Below, piece after piece: positions 49,105-59,539 of a stretch of DNA of 64,000 nucleotides. The notes below the pieces were generated by a model. It saw nothing but the letters and a program-made list of their open reading frames with translations, had not been told where the DNA came from and did not search any database. Made by a program: the position numbers and the translations under genes. The stretch comes from a virus. Every line of letters begins with the position of its first letter. Within the stretch, counting starts at the first letter, position 1. The stretch covers positions 4,225-68,224 of the IMG/VR virus record IMGVR_UViG_3300020205_002287, one strand, 5' to 3'.

Positions 49105-50832
49105 TTAAATTACTTCCGTATATAAAATTTCATATTCATGAGTATTTAATGTAATGTCATCTACTTCAATAGAAATAACTGTATCAAATACTGGAATTCC
49201 GCCAGGAATTATATCAGATACAAATCCATCAACTGTTACAGATAATGGCTTAATAGCGTATATTGCGTCAGTTGTATTCTGAATTCTAATATTATCATAA
49301 TCAATATCTGTAGACTTAATACGACGGGAGCCATCTGAACCCGTGTGTGCGTGCTCACTTAAGTCAACCCCATCTATAGTAATTCCTTCTTCTACAAATA
49401 TATCTCCAGTAATATTTCCTTTGTCTTTTAATAGATATTGAGGATGATCGTCATCTAATAATCCATCAAGTCGCGAATGACTAGATAGAAATGTATTGTT
49501 TCTATTTGTATTAGTATAAATATTTCTAAATAATGGGGCGTAGAGGTCATTCTCTACTGTTTTTAAGACTTGTCTTTTTTGGACAGATTTGTTTCCTAAT
49601 TGAGAAATATAGTTTGCGTACTTTCTTTTCTCGTGTATTAAAGACATCATCGAGTCAACACGAGCTGACATCATTTCGAATCTCTGCATGCAGTCCGCAT
49701 GGATAGACGCAAAGTTTCCTTTTATTATATTAGTAGCTACAACTAATTCTCCAGATAATATTGGATTATCTTTAGAAAATCTAGTTGTTAAAAAATCGAA
49801 TTCCAGAGGATTAGATATATCCTTAGATATTCTTAATGACGGACTAATAAATCTATTGTAAAATATTTCACAATTATCTACTAGATCTCTTTTTAAGGAA
49901 GCTATTTGGTCATTAATTTCAGAGTCAACAGCGTTTAATCTAATCGCAAAAAAAGCTTGGAATTGAGCGGCTTGTTTCTTAGATATCTTATCCAGTTCGG
50001 CATCGGGGATTTGTCCTGGCTTTGAAACGATTGTTTTTGCAATCCGTTGCGAATAGTGTACTGCGATTTTCCCCCATGTGTCATATTGTAATGCGATTTG
50101 CTGCTGTGTTGGATTTTCATAATCATCCCCAAAATCAAGTAGTAGTGAATTTTTAATATAACTAATTTCATTTAAAAATAAGTTTAGTAATTTTCTTAAT
50201 TGATAAAAATATGAGAATGTTGCTTGGGCTACTGCTTGATCATATTCATTGACCAATCTTCTTCCTGCAGTGGATGCGTGTCTTTCGGCAAATAAATATT
50301 CGTCAAAACAGATATACCCTGGTGGGTTATCTTTTGTTACTGTGTCTGGGTCATTAATAATTATTGGAAAATCTTCCAGGTTGTCTTGCATACTATTGAG
50401 CGCTGTCAGCCCACTTTTTATCGCTTCAGTAATTGCTTCAGCGTTTTGCTGAATAAAAAAAAGATTTTCATCTTTTTTATCTGGAATATTCATCAGGGGT
50501 GATGCTTCGTTCCAAATTCTAAAATGAGACTCTTCAAGATCTGGATCAAGATATGGATTAATATAAATTTTTCTTAATAAATTATTTTCTATATTATCTT
50601 TAGTTCCAACTAAGATATTTTCAGAATTTAATATCTGTTGCTTGACTGAACTTAGCGGAATGTAGTAATCAGTTCTAAAGTTATAATCTGACGCATTGGG
50701 AAGAACTGCTGCTAAACCAGGTGGCATTTGACTTGTAGAAGTTTTATCTCTGTAAAAAGTGTCGCCAAATTTATAATCTGCATAGATTTCTTTGGAGTCA
50801 GTTGAGTAATTTTGGATATTGTTTATAGACAT
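49105..50832 (-). CDS. Virion/tail-tip protein (575 aa) with DDHPQY and HxH motifs
   Basis: Helical N-terminal two thirds; H..L.GL..DDHPQYL, then ITGDI.V..G.TIDGVDLSEHAHTG; AAGGA SD. Confidence 0.6.
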   Translation of the reverse strand: MSINNIQNYSTDSKEIYADYKFGDTFYRDKTSTSQMPPGLAAVLPNASDYNFRTDYYIPLSSVKQQILNSENILVGTKDNIENNLLRKIYINPYLDPDLEESHFRIWNEASPLMNIPDKKDENLFFIQQNAEAITEAIKSGLTALNSMQDNLEDFPIIINDPDTVTKDNPPGYICFDEYLFAERHASTAGRRLVNEYDQAVAQATFSYFYQLRKLLNLFLNEISYIKNSLLLDFGDDYENPTQQQIALQYDTWGKIAVHYSQRIAKTIVSKPGQIPDAELDKISKKQAAQFQAFFAIRLNAVDSEINDQIASLKRDLVDNCEIFYNRFISPSLRISKDISNPLEFDFLTTRFSKDNPILSGELVVATNIIKGNFASIHADCMQRFEMMSARVDSMMSLIHEKRKYANYISQLGNKSVQKRQVLKTVENDLYAPLFRNIYTNTNRNNTFLSSHSRLDGLLDDDHPQYLLKDKGNITGDIFVEEGITIDGVDLSEHAHTGSDGSRRIKSTDIDYDNIRIQNTTDAIYAIKPLSVTVDGFVSDIIPGGIPVFDTVISIEVDDITLNTHEYEILYTEVI

Positions 50833-50840
50833 AATAATCC

Positions 50841-52697
50841 TTAAAACATCTTTCTAGAGATTCGACTACTAGAATTCTTCTTGCGACTCATCCCAGTGGA
50901 TAAAGCTTGAACTCTTCCAGTAATAAAACTACTGGGATTCTTCTCTTCTTCATCATCTTTAGTACCAGGTTTAGTCATAAAAAACTCATTAGAAAATGAT
51001 TGAGTCTTGTCTGCATAATTGGTTCTAGCAAATTCCCCATAGTTTTGGGTGATAGCGAGCAGAGAGAGCATTAGAGCGTCATGAGCGTGGTCTACAGCTG
51101 ATCCACCAGCCTCAAAGACTGGTCTACCACTACTTGTCATCCTAACGACTACATACGAAATTAATTGAAGATACATTTCTTCATCATCTTCTGAAAATAG
51201 TATATCTTCGCGCTCTAAATACTGACGAAGATTATCAACCATATAAGGTTTCATTTCTTTCTTAATCATTAATTTAGTATAAGGATCTCGCACTTCTATG
51301 GACTCCCCAAATCCAATACCCTTAACTCTTTCTTTCATTTTTGAAGATGGATTTTCGACGCCGTATTTTCTTAATAGTTCTACTTGAACTTCTCCATATC
51401 CACGGTCAACATATATGTGTTTAGGATTAAAAATTTGATTAAGTTCAATAATTCTATCTACCGCGCGCGTGAGCGTATATTCAGACTTGCTAATTTCTTC
51501 TCGATAGTACAGTCTAACTTTACCCCTAAATCTTGGGTCTTCATAGTTGTCAGCACATACCTCTAAAACAACTATATTAGTACCTGCTCCATACTTGTCC
51601 CAGTCAACACCAATCACATGGAATGATCGAGCAGACATAATCTCAGCATGATACTTCCATGGTGGAGATACAAATGCCCGGTCTATAAACTTTCTTGGGT
51701 ATACTCCTTCTGAGTCTTCTCCCCAGTCAGCTTCTATTTCATGTCGATATCCACTAGAAGAATATTGTTCTCTAAATTCTTCTTCTTGTTCTTTACTAAA
51801 AAATGGATTACAGTATGACGGAAACCAAAATTCTTTAAACCTTGCACTGTTGCACCATTCCCAGAATCTTTCTCTACGACCAGTTGGGGTAGATGCGCCA
51901 ATCATTACTTTGTCGGGCTGATCTTCTGCGGTTTTCTGGAGCATGGCGTATAGGGCATCAAGGTCGTCCGCGTGCATATAGTCCATTTCGTCAAGAACAA
52001 TAAGATGCGCTTCTTGACCACGAGCAACGTCGCTCTTTCCACCCGACTTCATACCAGAAGTAAAGAATCTGATTGTTGATCCATTAGAGAATTGAATCAT
52101 AAACTGCGGACTAGTAACTTTTCTAGTAATAGAATTAGTTACTACTTCATTCTTTGCAGATATTCTTAATATTTCTTGATAGATAAGTTCTACTTGAGTT
52201 TTCATTGGCGCGATAACCAATGATCTTCCATCTTTGTGGGTATAACTATAATGTAATAACTGTATTGCAAGACTGAATGTTTTACCTAAACGACGACCAG
52301 CTCTAAGAACTTTTCTTAAAGATGGATCTCGCAAAATGAGAATTTGATACACTCTCAGATCTGCTTGCAAAAATTGTTTTGCCCAAACAACCGCATCTTT
52401 TGCAATATGTAATTGCCTTTGATGTTCTGAACTAATTCCGGCAGATAATAATTCTTTATCTAATTCAAATGGTTCGTCTATAAGAAGTGATAATTCTTGA
52501 TTACTTAATTTCCTATTTAATACAGGCGTTCCGTCATTCCATGACAAATGGTTTAGCTTATTTTCAAAGACCCATTCAATTCTATTAATTTGTTTTATTA
52601 ATTCAGGATCTTGTGCTTTAATTATTTCAAGAAGATCTTCTCTTGACAGAGCTTCTAAAGATTCTCTAAATTCTTTTGTTTTACTTGATACAGTCAT
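50841..52697 (-). CDS. terL: Terminase large subunit
   Basis: YQ..IL adenine-binding motif, Walker A RAGRRLGKT, ARGQ, Walker B LIVLDE, coupling motif ASTPTG, RNase H-like nuclease motifs IGVDW, YVDRG and DHAHDA. Confidence 0.95.
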   Translation of the reverse strand: MTVSSKTKEFRESLEALSREDLLEIIKAQDPELIKQINRIEWVFENKLNHLSWNDGTPVLNRKLSNQELSLLIDEPFELDKELLSAGISSEHQRQLHIAKDAVVWAKQFLQADLRVYQILILRDPSLRKVLRAGRRLGKTFSLAIQLLHYSYTHKDGRSLVIAPMKTQVELIYQEILRISAKNEVVTNSITRKVTSPQFMIQFSNGSTIRFFTSGMKSGGKSDVARGQEAHLIVLDEMDYMHADDLDALYAMLQKTAEDQPDKVMIGASTPTGRRERFWEWCNSARFKEFWFPSYCNPFFSKEQEEEFREQYSSSGYRHEIEADWGEDSEGVYPRKFIDRAFVSPPWKYHAEIMSARSFHVIGVDWDKYGAGTNIVVLEVCADNYEDPRFRGKVRLYYREEISKSEYTLTRAVDRIIELNQIFNPKHIYVDRGYGEVQVELLRKYGVENPSSKMKERVKGIGFGESIEVRDPYTKLMIKKEMKPYMVDNLRQYLEREDILFSEDDEEMYLQLISYVVVRMTSSGRPVFEAGGSAVDHAHDALMLSLLAITQNYGEFARTNYADKTQSFSNEFFMTKPGTKDDEEEKNPSSFITGRVQALSTGMSRKKNSSSRISRKMF

Positions 52698-52700
52698 AAA

Positions 52701-54383
52701 TCATCCATAGTGGGCAGCCATCATTGCGCCCTCTGATCCTAGCATACTTCTCGCATTTAATCTAGAGTTTTGAATAGCCATAACTCCTCGTGACCTTGAA
52801 GTCGCTGCTGCTTCTGTATCTTTATAGCCCATGCCGAATAATGGTTTATTAATATCTCCTTGCAAAGATTTTCCAGCGTCTTTTGCTAGGTTGATTCCAC
52901 TTTTAACAACTTCTCCTGCCATCTTACCTAGGTCATACACTAAGGCTGCTGTAGCTATAACATTTAATCCAGGTATAGCAAATGCTGCTGCCCTGGCTCC
53001 AAGAACTTTTGCACCAGCTTTTGTGCCAAATGCTTCCATGACTCCTTTTCTACCGAGTGTTTTAAAGGCACCATTTTCTAGAACATGATGTGCTGCTTCT
53101 AGACCAACTTTACCCGCAATTTGCTTTTGCCCTAAAGATTCTGCCATATGAGCAACTGCTTTTTCTGCACCACTCAAAGCTTTCCCTTCTAGTCCGGCTT
53201 TACGAGCATATCCTTGAGCTCCCCTGAAATAACCTGCTGCATACCTAGTTGCTTGACCGGACATAGATGATGCTATTAGGTTACCTCTAGATCCACTTTT
53301 TAGGCCGTCATCTAGAATACTTATATTCTGTCCCAATTGAACATTAACATCTCTAAATCGAGCAGCTTGAGGCACAAAATTTCCTGCACCTTTAAATCCA
53401 CGTCTAGTGGATGGACCTGCCCCTGTCCCATGATATGTTTTACCATTATAATCAAGAGATTTGCCTTTTCTCATATGAAGTTGTCCAGTTTTGGCATTTC
53501 CTTCTAGAAGAGCTGGATGACCCGGTAAGGAATTCGCTCTTCCAGTGTAGACTTTTCCATTCATAATAACTCTTTGACCAGCTGGTACTCGAAGTCCTTT
53601 AGTCAGATCGTGCCTAAGAACTCCTGGAAGTGTTTTTTCAGCCATCAGTCCTGGATTATTCATTGCAGCTAAGCTGCGTATATTTCTATCTAATACATCT
53701 AATTTTTTTCGAGCTCTAGCTGCACGTCCCCCTGTTCCAGCAGCTCTCCTTTCCAATAGGTCCGCTTTTCTACCCGCACTTACAAAAGAAAGTAAACCTG
53801 GACCAAATGCTGATTCTCCTGCAGCAGGAGTTGCTCCTATACTTGAAGCGAACTTTTTACCCATTTTAGTATTGCCTAAGAAACCTGATGCGCCAAATGG
53901 AGTATACATTCCGCCTTGGCCCATAGTGCTCACAGAATGAAGACGGCCCACAGCCCTTGGTCTCATAGTTATGTTGTTAAGTCTAGCTCCACGGAAAAAT
54001 CCAGCTTTTTGAGTTGGGCTTGCCCCTAGTAGACCTCCTACTCCACTAGTGGAGGCAGTTTGTGTGGTTAGTCTGCTTGCTCGCCTTCCAAGTATTCCAC
54101 GACCACCTGCTATCTTTCCGCCACCAACAAAATTAGCTTTGTTTCTTGCTGAAAGAGCTCCAGTTTGATCCATGACTCTAAACTTATTGGCCATGCGTGA
54201 CCCTTTTGCGTATTTATAATCCATATAACCACCACGCATTATGGTATTGGATCCTCTTGCAGAACTAAACCCTACAGAAGTTGCTATACCTGGTAGATTT
54301 TCCATCATACGCATTGCTAAAGGTGCCTGGACATTAGCTGTATCCATGGCTTCTTGCATTACTTGTTCCCTCATAACTGCCAT
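52701..54383 (-). CDS. Highly basic Gly/Ala/Arg/Lys-rich protein (560 aa), probable internal/ejected virion protein
   Basis: Composition; hydrophobic segment AAAFAIPGLNVIATAALVY; C-terminal DTEAAATSRSRG..AIQNSRLNARS.LGSE. Confidence 0.6.
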   Translation of the reverse strand: MAVMREQVMQEAMDTANVQAPLAMRMMENLPGIATSVGFSSARGSNTIMRGGYMDYKYAKGSRMANKFRVMDQTGALSARNKANFVGGGKIAGGRGILGRRASRLTTQTASTSGVGGLLGASPTQKAGFFRGARLNNITMRPRAVGRLHSVSTMGQGGMYTPFGASGFLGNTKMGKKFASSIGATPAAGESAFGPGLLSFVSAGRKADLLERRAAGTGGRAARARKKLDVLDRNIRSLAAMNNPGLMAEKTLPGVLRHDLTKGLRVPAGQRVIMNGKVYTGRANSLPGHPALLEGNAKTGQLHMRKGKSLDYNGKTYHGTGAGPSTRRGFKGAGNFVPQAARFRDVNVQLGQNISILDDGLKSGSRGNLIASSMSGQATRYAAGYFRGAQGYARKAGLEGKALSGAEKAVAHMAESLGQKQIAGKVGLEAAHHVLENGAFKTLGRKGVMEAFGTKAGAKVLGARAAAFAIPGLNVIATAALVYDLGKMAGEVVKSGINLAKDAGKSLQGDINKPLFGMGYKDTEAAATSRSRGVMAIQNSRLNARSMLGSEGAMMAAHYG

Positions 54384-54385
54384 GA

Positions 54386-55204
54386 TTAATAGCCCTTTCT
54401 GGAGTTATGCATTCCTAGAACTATATTGCCTGACGCACCGGTGTCATTCATTATTTGTTGCGTACCTCTACCGGAGTAAGGTGAACTAGCAAAGAATTCT
54501 GCATTGTCGTTCATATAAGATTTAGTTGAAATTCCAGCTGCGGTTATGGGTGCAGCACCACCGATAGTAGCTCCCATTCCTGCGCCCATGACTCCACCAA
54601 CTATTCCCTTAGCAACTTTTCCGAATGTGCTACCGCCAGATTTAACTCCCAATAAGGCCCCGCCTATGCCCCCTGCTGCTCCTCCAAGTCCAACTCCAGC
54701 AACCGTTTGTCCACCTATACCGTCAGAAGCGAGTGTCCCCATACCTCCGCCAACTACGGCTCCTATTAGAGCTCCTGCTACTCCACTTTTAATTCCTTTT
54801 TTTGCACCTAACATTCCTCCTGCAGCAGCCCCGAACGTTCCGCCCATAAGAGCTCCTCCGGCAGCTGCTCCTGGTGCGCCGGGTAAAATTGAATTAGTTT
54901 TAGTAAAGTCCTTAGGGCTAGTCATTTGAATGGCTGTTCCTAACGAACCGCCTATTCCCGCACCAACTAATGACCTCGCAGAAAATTTACTTCCCATAAA
55001 ATATCTGTCTGCATTAGGATCGCCTAACCCAACATCTAAAACTGCGTCTCTTGCTGCTGGGCCAACTTTACTTGCAAGACCAGCAGTTCCTGCAATAGCT
55101 CCAATTGCCATTAAAGATCCCCTATTTGTGCCAAGCCTAGAAAGACCCCTTCCAGCTGCCTGCAATGGTTCTGTTACTCTCCCTAATGAACTTAACAATG
55201 ACAT
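54386..55204 (-). CDS. Glycine-zipper protein (272 aa), probable membrane-inserting ejected protein
   Basis: Several GxxxGxxxG hydrophobic helices separated by Lys-rich turns; GGAGG SD. Confidence 0.65.
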   Translation of the reverse strand: MSLLSSLGRVTEPLQAAGRGLSRLGTNRGSLMAIGAIAGTAGLASKVGPAARDAVLDVGLGDPNADRYFMGSKFSARSLVGAGIGGSLGTAIQMTSPKDFTKTNSILPGAPGAAAGGALMGGTFGAAAGGMLGAKKGIKSGVAGALIGAVVGGGMGTLASDGIGGQTVAGVGLGGAAGGIGGALLGVKSGGSTFGKVAKGIVGGVMGAGMGATIGGAAPITAAGISTKSYMNDNAEFFASSPYSGRGTQQIMNDTGASGNIVLGMHNSRKGY

Positions 55205-55208
55205 TTAG

Positions 55209-58200
55209 CTATCCTCCAAAAAGATGATTATATTTATTTGGGCCCATTTGAGTATGCCCAATCTTTGCTCGATCTAGATTTCCAACAACTCCAGCGGTAC
55301 CCAATGGATCACTTCTAGTGGAAGAGACTTGACTGAATGCTCTACTTGAAACCCTCATGTCATCAGTGGTTATATTTCTTTCAGTAGGCTGTTGTTGTAA
55401 GGTTTCTTCATAAAGCTGTTTTTCTCTACCCTTTTTATAAGCATAGTAACCAGTAGCTGCTATTCCTAAACCTAATGCCCCATATCCCATTTTGACTTTA
55501 TGGGATGCATAGAATTCTGCTATTTTATTAACTTCAAGACCAGATTTACCACGACGAATGTTTTTTCCGATTTTTGTAGCACTAGATGGATCTGCTTCTA
55601 TCATCTCTGTAAGTTGATTAGCGTTATGTGCTGATTTGGATATCTTTCTTCCATTGCCAAGATCTACAAGTTCTTCAGCTTCTTTTACCTGACCCGATAA
55701 TCCGGCAGCGTCTGCTGCTTCGCGGTCAAAGTATGGACCAACAACAAAATTATCTGCCGTATGACCTGTGGTTTGTTCTGCGGCTGTTCTAGTATTGAGA
55801 AGCACATCATTGTCAGTTGGAACACCTAATTGTCGCATATTAGATATGATTTCCGCGGAAGCAGTTTCGTCTGCGTGAGCTACGACAATTCCTCTATCCC
55901 TAATAGACCTATTTAAGTCCTCAATTTGTGCCTCAGCGATTTGAGGCACTCCAGTTGGTCCTATTGGCCCAACTTTTGCTGCAGCTTGTACATCACTAAC
56001 TGCGGCTAATACTGAAGCGTCTACCTTGGCTTCGTCCCCTCCCATTAATGATATCACCCTAGCCCGATCCTGCATAATTTCTAATATATTTCTAGAAAGT
56101 TGTTTTGATTCTGCTTCCTCCATTTGCCTGCCGACTAGCCAAACTGCGTTAACTTGGTCTGCGCCTCCAGCTTTAGAATCTTTAAATATGGATATTCCTA
56201 CATGCTTTATTGTATCATCAGGATTCATCATCCTTAGGGCTTCGCGTGCTATTTCTGGAGGAAGACGTACTTTGTTAACTGTGTCTGTTGCTATTGCATT
56301 AATAACTTTTGTATTTCTTTGTGATTTAAAGAAAGTCATTCCAAGTTCAGATATAAGATTAGGCTTAGCTGAATGTGAGATATCTTGCGCTAAATAGCCA
56401 ACTGCGGGTCCAGCCCTATTTGCTGCATGCGCTGTGCTACTTGTGGCACTAGACATAATTGTGGAATAGACTCTGTCATTCATGTCCATTACGCCTGCGT
56501 AAGGATCCCCAATGTCAGAAAAAGCTTTAGCTATCTGTTCAGCTTTTCCAAGATCATAATTATTTAATCCTTGTTGGAAAACTGACTGAGCTGGAGCTCT
56601 GCCTCGAGCAACTCTCATTTGATCACTCTGAGATAAACCGCTTCCTAATTCCCTATATGTAGTTCCTAAGGTATCTGTCACATCTTGTATCGTAGCGGAA
56701 TTTCTACCCGCAACACTCGCAGCTTGTCTCATGCCATGTGTCGGTTGTATTGCTGTAGATATTCGCGCTAGTTCATCTATCCCTGAAGCACGCCCGTAGG
56801 AAATGCCAGTGTCAAGAATTGATTCTTGTGCCCTATTCCTAGGACCAGTTAGACTGCCTACCGTAATATTAGGAAGATTCCTAGATCCTCCTAATGCAAA
56901 ATCTGTATCATTTCTAGCATCATCAAGTATTTTAGTAATTATTTTCTGAGATTCTGTCTCATCAACAAGTTGTTTTTTAGTAGGTGATGTTGCAAAATAG
57001 AATCCCTCAACTGAATTACTTGTTGCCTTGTGATATGCCAATGTTCCTTGTTTAGTTTGATTCCCGACGAGACCTAATCCAGACATTTGATTTATCTGTT
57101 CTCTAGATAATGATAAAGATACTTCTTTCAAACCTTTTGGTGTATCTCTCACATGTTTGAAAACTGTTTCAGACATGTGTTGCACGTCAGCAATATTTGT
57201 TGTTGCATTCACTGCACTGGACTGAGCTACCTTTGATCTACCAAAATTACCAAAGTCAGTTTTCCCTAATGCTTCATCAGCTATTTCCTGTGCGGTCTTG
57301 CCTATAGATTCTTCATCAGCTATGGATCGTATTTTTAATCTACCTGACTGAACATAATTACCTATATACGTCTGAAGGTGTACGTCAGTTTCAGCTACGT
57401 GTGAACCTTTTTGGATTAGACCAAATAATTCTTCTGCCTGTCCATCTTTTTCTATTAACTCAAAGAGGTTAGTATTTAGTGCTAAGTTTGTAACGGATCC
57501 GTATGATGCGCTACCGCCGATGTGCACTTTACTTAGTGTTTCTTGAGCAAAGAGATTTTTAACATAAAATTCAGCGCGCTCAATTTCGGTTAATTCCCTT
57601 CCAAGATTACCAGCGGCTTTTAGAGCCTGAATATCAGTGGCTTGTTCAGCCTGATTCTTAATATACGCTCTTGTAGATTCAAGGGTATCGACAAAATACT
57701 CTTTATCATCCATCGCCCTTTGAGTGAATTGATCTATTGCTTTTTGTGCTCCTAAATGAGATCCAAAACCATCCTGCTTCATCGCAGTGCTTATCATATG
57801 ATCTATGTCGAAGTTAAGGTTGTGACCAGCAACTCTGTCTGCCTCAAGAAGCTTATTGAAAAACCTTTCTACTTCATCTAGATATGTAGAGCCACCTTCG
57901 CCCATTGGCTTTGCAGTGGTGCCAACTTCAATATTTGCTAGGTGTTCGGTCAGAGATTTTACTGCCTGATTTTGAGTCTTCGTATCAAATGTAGTTACAT
58001 TTACTCCAGATAATTTATTAGATTGAAAAGAAACGTTAAAATCTTGAAGAGTTGTAGGCTTGCTTATTTGTCCAGTGTCGTCCAATATTGACTCAGCGAT
58101 AGTCATAGATCTTGTATCAGAAAATATATCTACTCCTGTTGTTTCAATATCTATAGTAGCTATCTTTAAAGTTTGACCTTGAGTCGGCGTTTGCCCGAAT

Positions 58201-58820
58201 ATTTTTTCAGGGCTACGTCCTTTTGATGAATGGAAAAGGTTTGATAATGAACGATGTGACATTTGTTGACCGCTGCCAATATTTAGTGAATCCAATCCTC
58301 TTTTATTGGGATCAAAGTTAACGGACATTCTGTTTAATAATATTTGAGCTGGATGGACAATACCCTGTTCGTTGTCAACTGAAAATTGAAATAAATCTTT
58401 GTATAAGTTTGCGTTTGGTGTATCGTATCTTGGTAGGCCTACCTCTTTGATAAGATCGCCCATTCTCATAACATCATTCATATATGATTTATATAGTTTA
58501 TCTGCAGTTTCTCTATTTAAAACTGATAAATCTGTTTTACCTTGCCTTTTCATTAATTCAACATTTACTTTTGCGCCCTTAGCATGATTTAATTTATTAC
58601 CTATTGCGGCTTCGTAATCTTTTTGAAATCTTCCATATCTTTCTAAGAACTCATCTTCTGTTCCAAATACTTTATTCATCTGACTTTCGGTAATTGGTCC
58701 TTGTTGAAAAAAAGAATCTTGAGTTATTTTTTGACCCACTCTAGCTTTGGGATCTAGATTACCTTCAAGAGCTTTTAGTAGATTAGACCTGGCCAGAGCG
58801 CTGTCTCTTATCCTGGCCAT
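55209..58820 (-). CDS. 1203-aa protein with a DEDDh 3'-5' exonuclease domain
   Basis: ExoI IATIDIETTG, ExoII VAGHNLNFDI, VDTL and ExoIII SHVAETDV; C-terminal basic-flanked hydrophobic helix YGALGLGIAATGYYAYKK. Confidence 0.75.
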   Translation of the reverse strand: MARIRDSALARSNLLKALEGNLDPKARVGQKITQDSFFQQGPITESQMNKVFGTEDEFLERYGRFQKDYEAAIGNKLNHAKGAKVNVELMKRQGKTDLSVLNRETADKLYKSYMNDVMRMGDLIKEVGLPRYDTPNANLYKDLFQFSVDNEQGIVHPAQILLNRMSVNFDPNKRGLDSLNIGSGQQMSHRSLSNLFHSSKGRSPEKIFGQTPTQGQTLKIATIDIETTGVDIFSDTRSMTIAESILDDTGQISKPTTLQDFNVSFQSNKLSGVNVTTFDTKTQNQAVKSLTEHLANIEVGTTAKPMGEGGSTYLDEVERFFNKLLEADRVAGHNLNFDIDHMISTAMKQDGFGSHLGAQKAIDQFTQRAMDDKEYFVDTLESTRAYIKNQAEQATDIQALKAAGNLGRELTEIERAEFYVKNLFAQETLSKVHIGGSASYGSVTNLALNTNLFELIEKDGQAEELFGLIQKGSHVAETDVHLQTYIGNYVQSGRLKIRSIADEESIGKTAQEIADEALGKTDFGNFGRSKVAQSSAVNATTNIADVQHMSETVFKHVRDTPKGLKEVSLSLSREQINQMSGLGLVGNQTKQGTLAYHKATSNSVEGFYFATSPTKKQLVDETESQKIITKILDDARNDTDFALGGSRNLPNITVGSLTGPRNRAQESILDTGISYGRASGIDELARISTAIQPTHGMRQAASVAGRNSATIQDVTDTLGTTYRELGSGLSQSDQMRVARGRAPAQSVFQQGLNNYDLGKAEQIAKAFSDIGDPYAGVMDMNDRVYSTIMSSATSSTAHAANRAGPAVGYLAQDISHSAKPNLISELGMTFFKSQRNTKVINAIATDTVNKVRLPPEIAREALRMMNPDDTIKHVGISIFKDSKAGGADQVNAVWLVGRQMEEAESKQLSRNILEIMQDRARVISLMGGDEAKVDASVLAAVSDVQAAAKVGPIGPTGVPQIAEAQIEDLNRSIRDRGIVVAHADETASAEIISNMRQLGVPTDNDVLLNTRTAAEQTTGHTADNFVVGPYFDREAADAAGLSGQVKEAEELVDLGNGRKISKSAHNANQLTEMIEADPSSATKIGKNIRRGKSGLEVNKIAEFYASHKVKMGYGALGLGIAATGYYAYKKGREKQLYEETLQQQPTERNITTDDMRVSSRAFSQVSSTRSDPLGTAGVVGNLDRAKIGHTQMGPNKYNHLFGG

Positions 58821-58822
58821 TT

Positions 58823-59539
58823 TTAAATCTCTTCCTTATCTTCTTCTATTGTGATGTAATCATCTTTGTCGTAAGTGCCAAGCTTCTTCTTGATAAGCTT
58901 TTCTCTTTCAATCTCAATATGCTGAACTTTATGAATAATGTCTGAAATTGCTTGAGCTGTATCAAGTTGAGTCTGCCCAATTCTAGCCTTAGCTTCTCTT
59001 GTTGCCAATAGTTGATTGCGCAAATCTTTTCTACGCTTGTGCAAACGATCTTCTAATTCTACGGCTAAGTGAAGTTCTTTCTTAATGATTGGTTGACCCT
59101 GATGGTCAATGCCAATAATGTTTTCTTGAATGAAATGTTCTTTTGCAAGTAATTTAGTTTTACGAATGTATTGCACTTCTTGATCTACTAGATCTCTAAT
59201 CATGGATACTTCAACTAAGTTATCAGATTGGACATCCAGTTGTTCCATATACTCTGCTGTAAACTGTGCAACTATTGACATTTCAATGGGACATGGATTG
59301 CCTTTTGGCGCAAGATTTTCTTTGAGTAATGGACATGTGTCTGCGAATGTACACTTCGTTGCTTCGCAATTCATAGGGATAGAAGAGAACATTGAAGTCC
59401 TAGTTTTTTGCGGGCGAACTAATTCAACCGCTCTTTCTTTCTCATCATCAGTCCATGTTTCAGGGAAGAAAAGATCTGGTCGCAAAGACTCAAACTGTTT
59501 CATGAAATCACTTTTATCTGCTTTTTCTATATTAGACAT
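58823..59539 (-). CDS. Cys-motif helical protein, probable terminase small subunit
   Basis: PMNC...KC.FADTCPL..P.G.PCPIE followed by long helical/coiled-coil segments ending LLATREAK. Size and position upstream of terL are compatible; no diagnostic motif. Confidence 0.45.
   Translation of the reverse strand: MSNIEKADKSDFMKQFESLRPDLFFPETWTDDEKERAVELVRPQKTRTSMFSSIPMNCEATKCTFADTCPLLKENLAPKGNPCPIEMSIVAQFTAEYMEQLDVQSDNLVEVSMIRDLVDQEVQYIRKTKLLAKEHFIQENIIGIDHQGQPIIKKELHLAVELEDRLHKRRKDLRNQLLATREAKARIGQTQLDTAQAISDIIHKVQHIEIEREKLIKKKLGTYDKDDYITIEEDKEEI

Noticed and set aside
50841-52697. Intein or intron in the terminase (or in capsid/recA genes)
   Set aside because: Motif spacing and lengths are normal; no intein boundary or homing endonuclease motifs seen.
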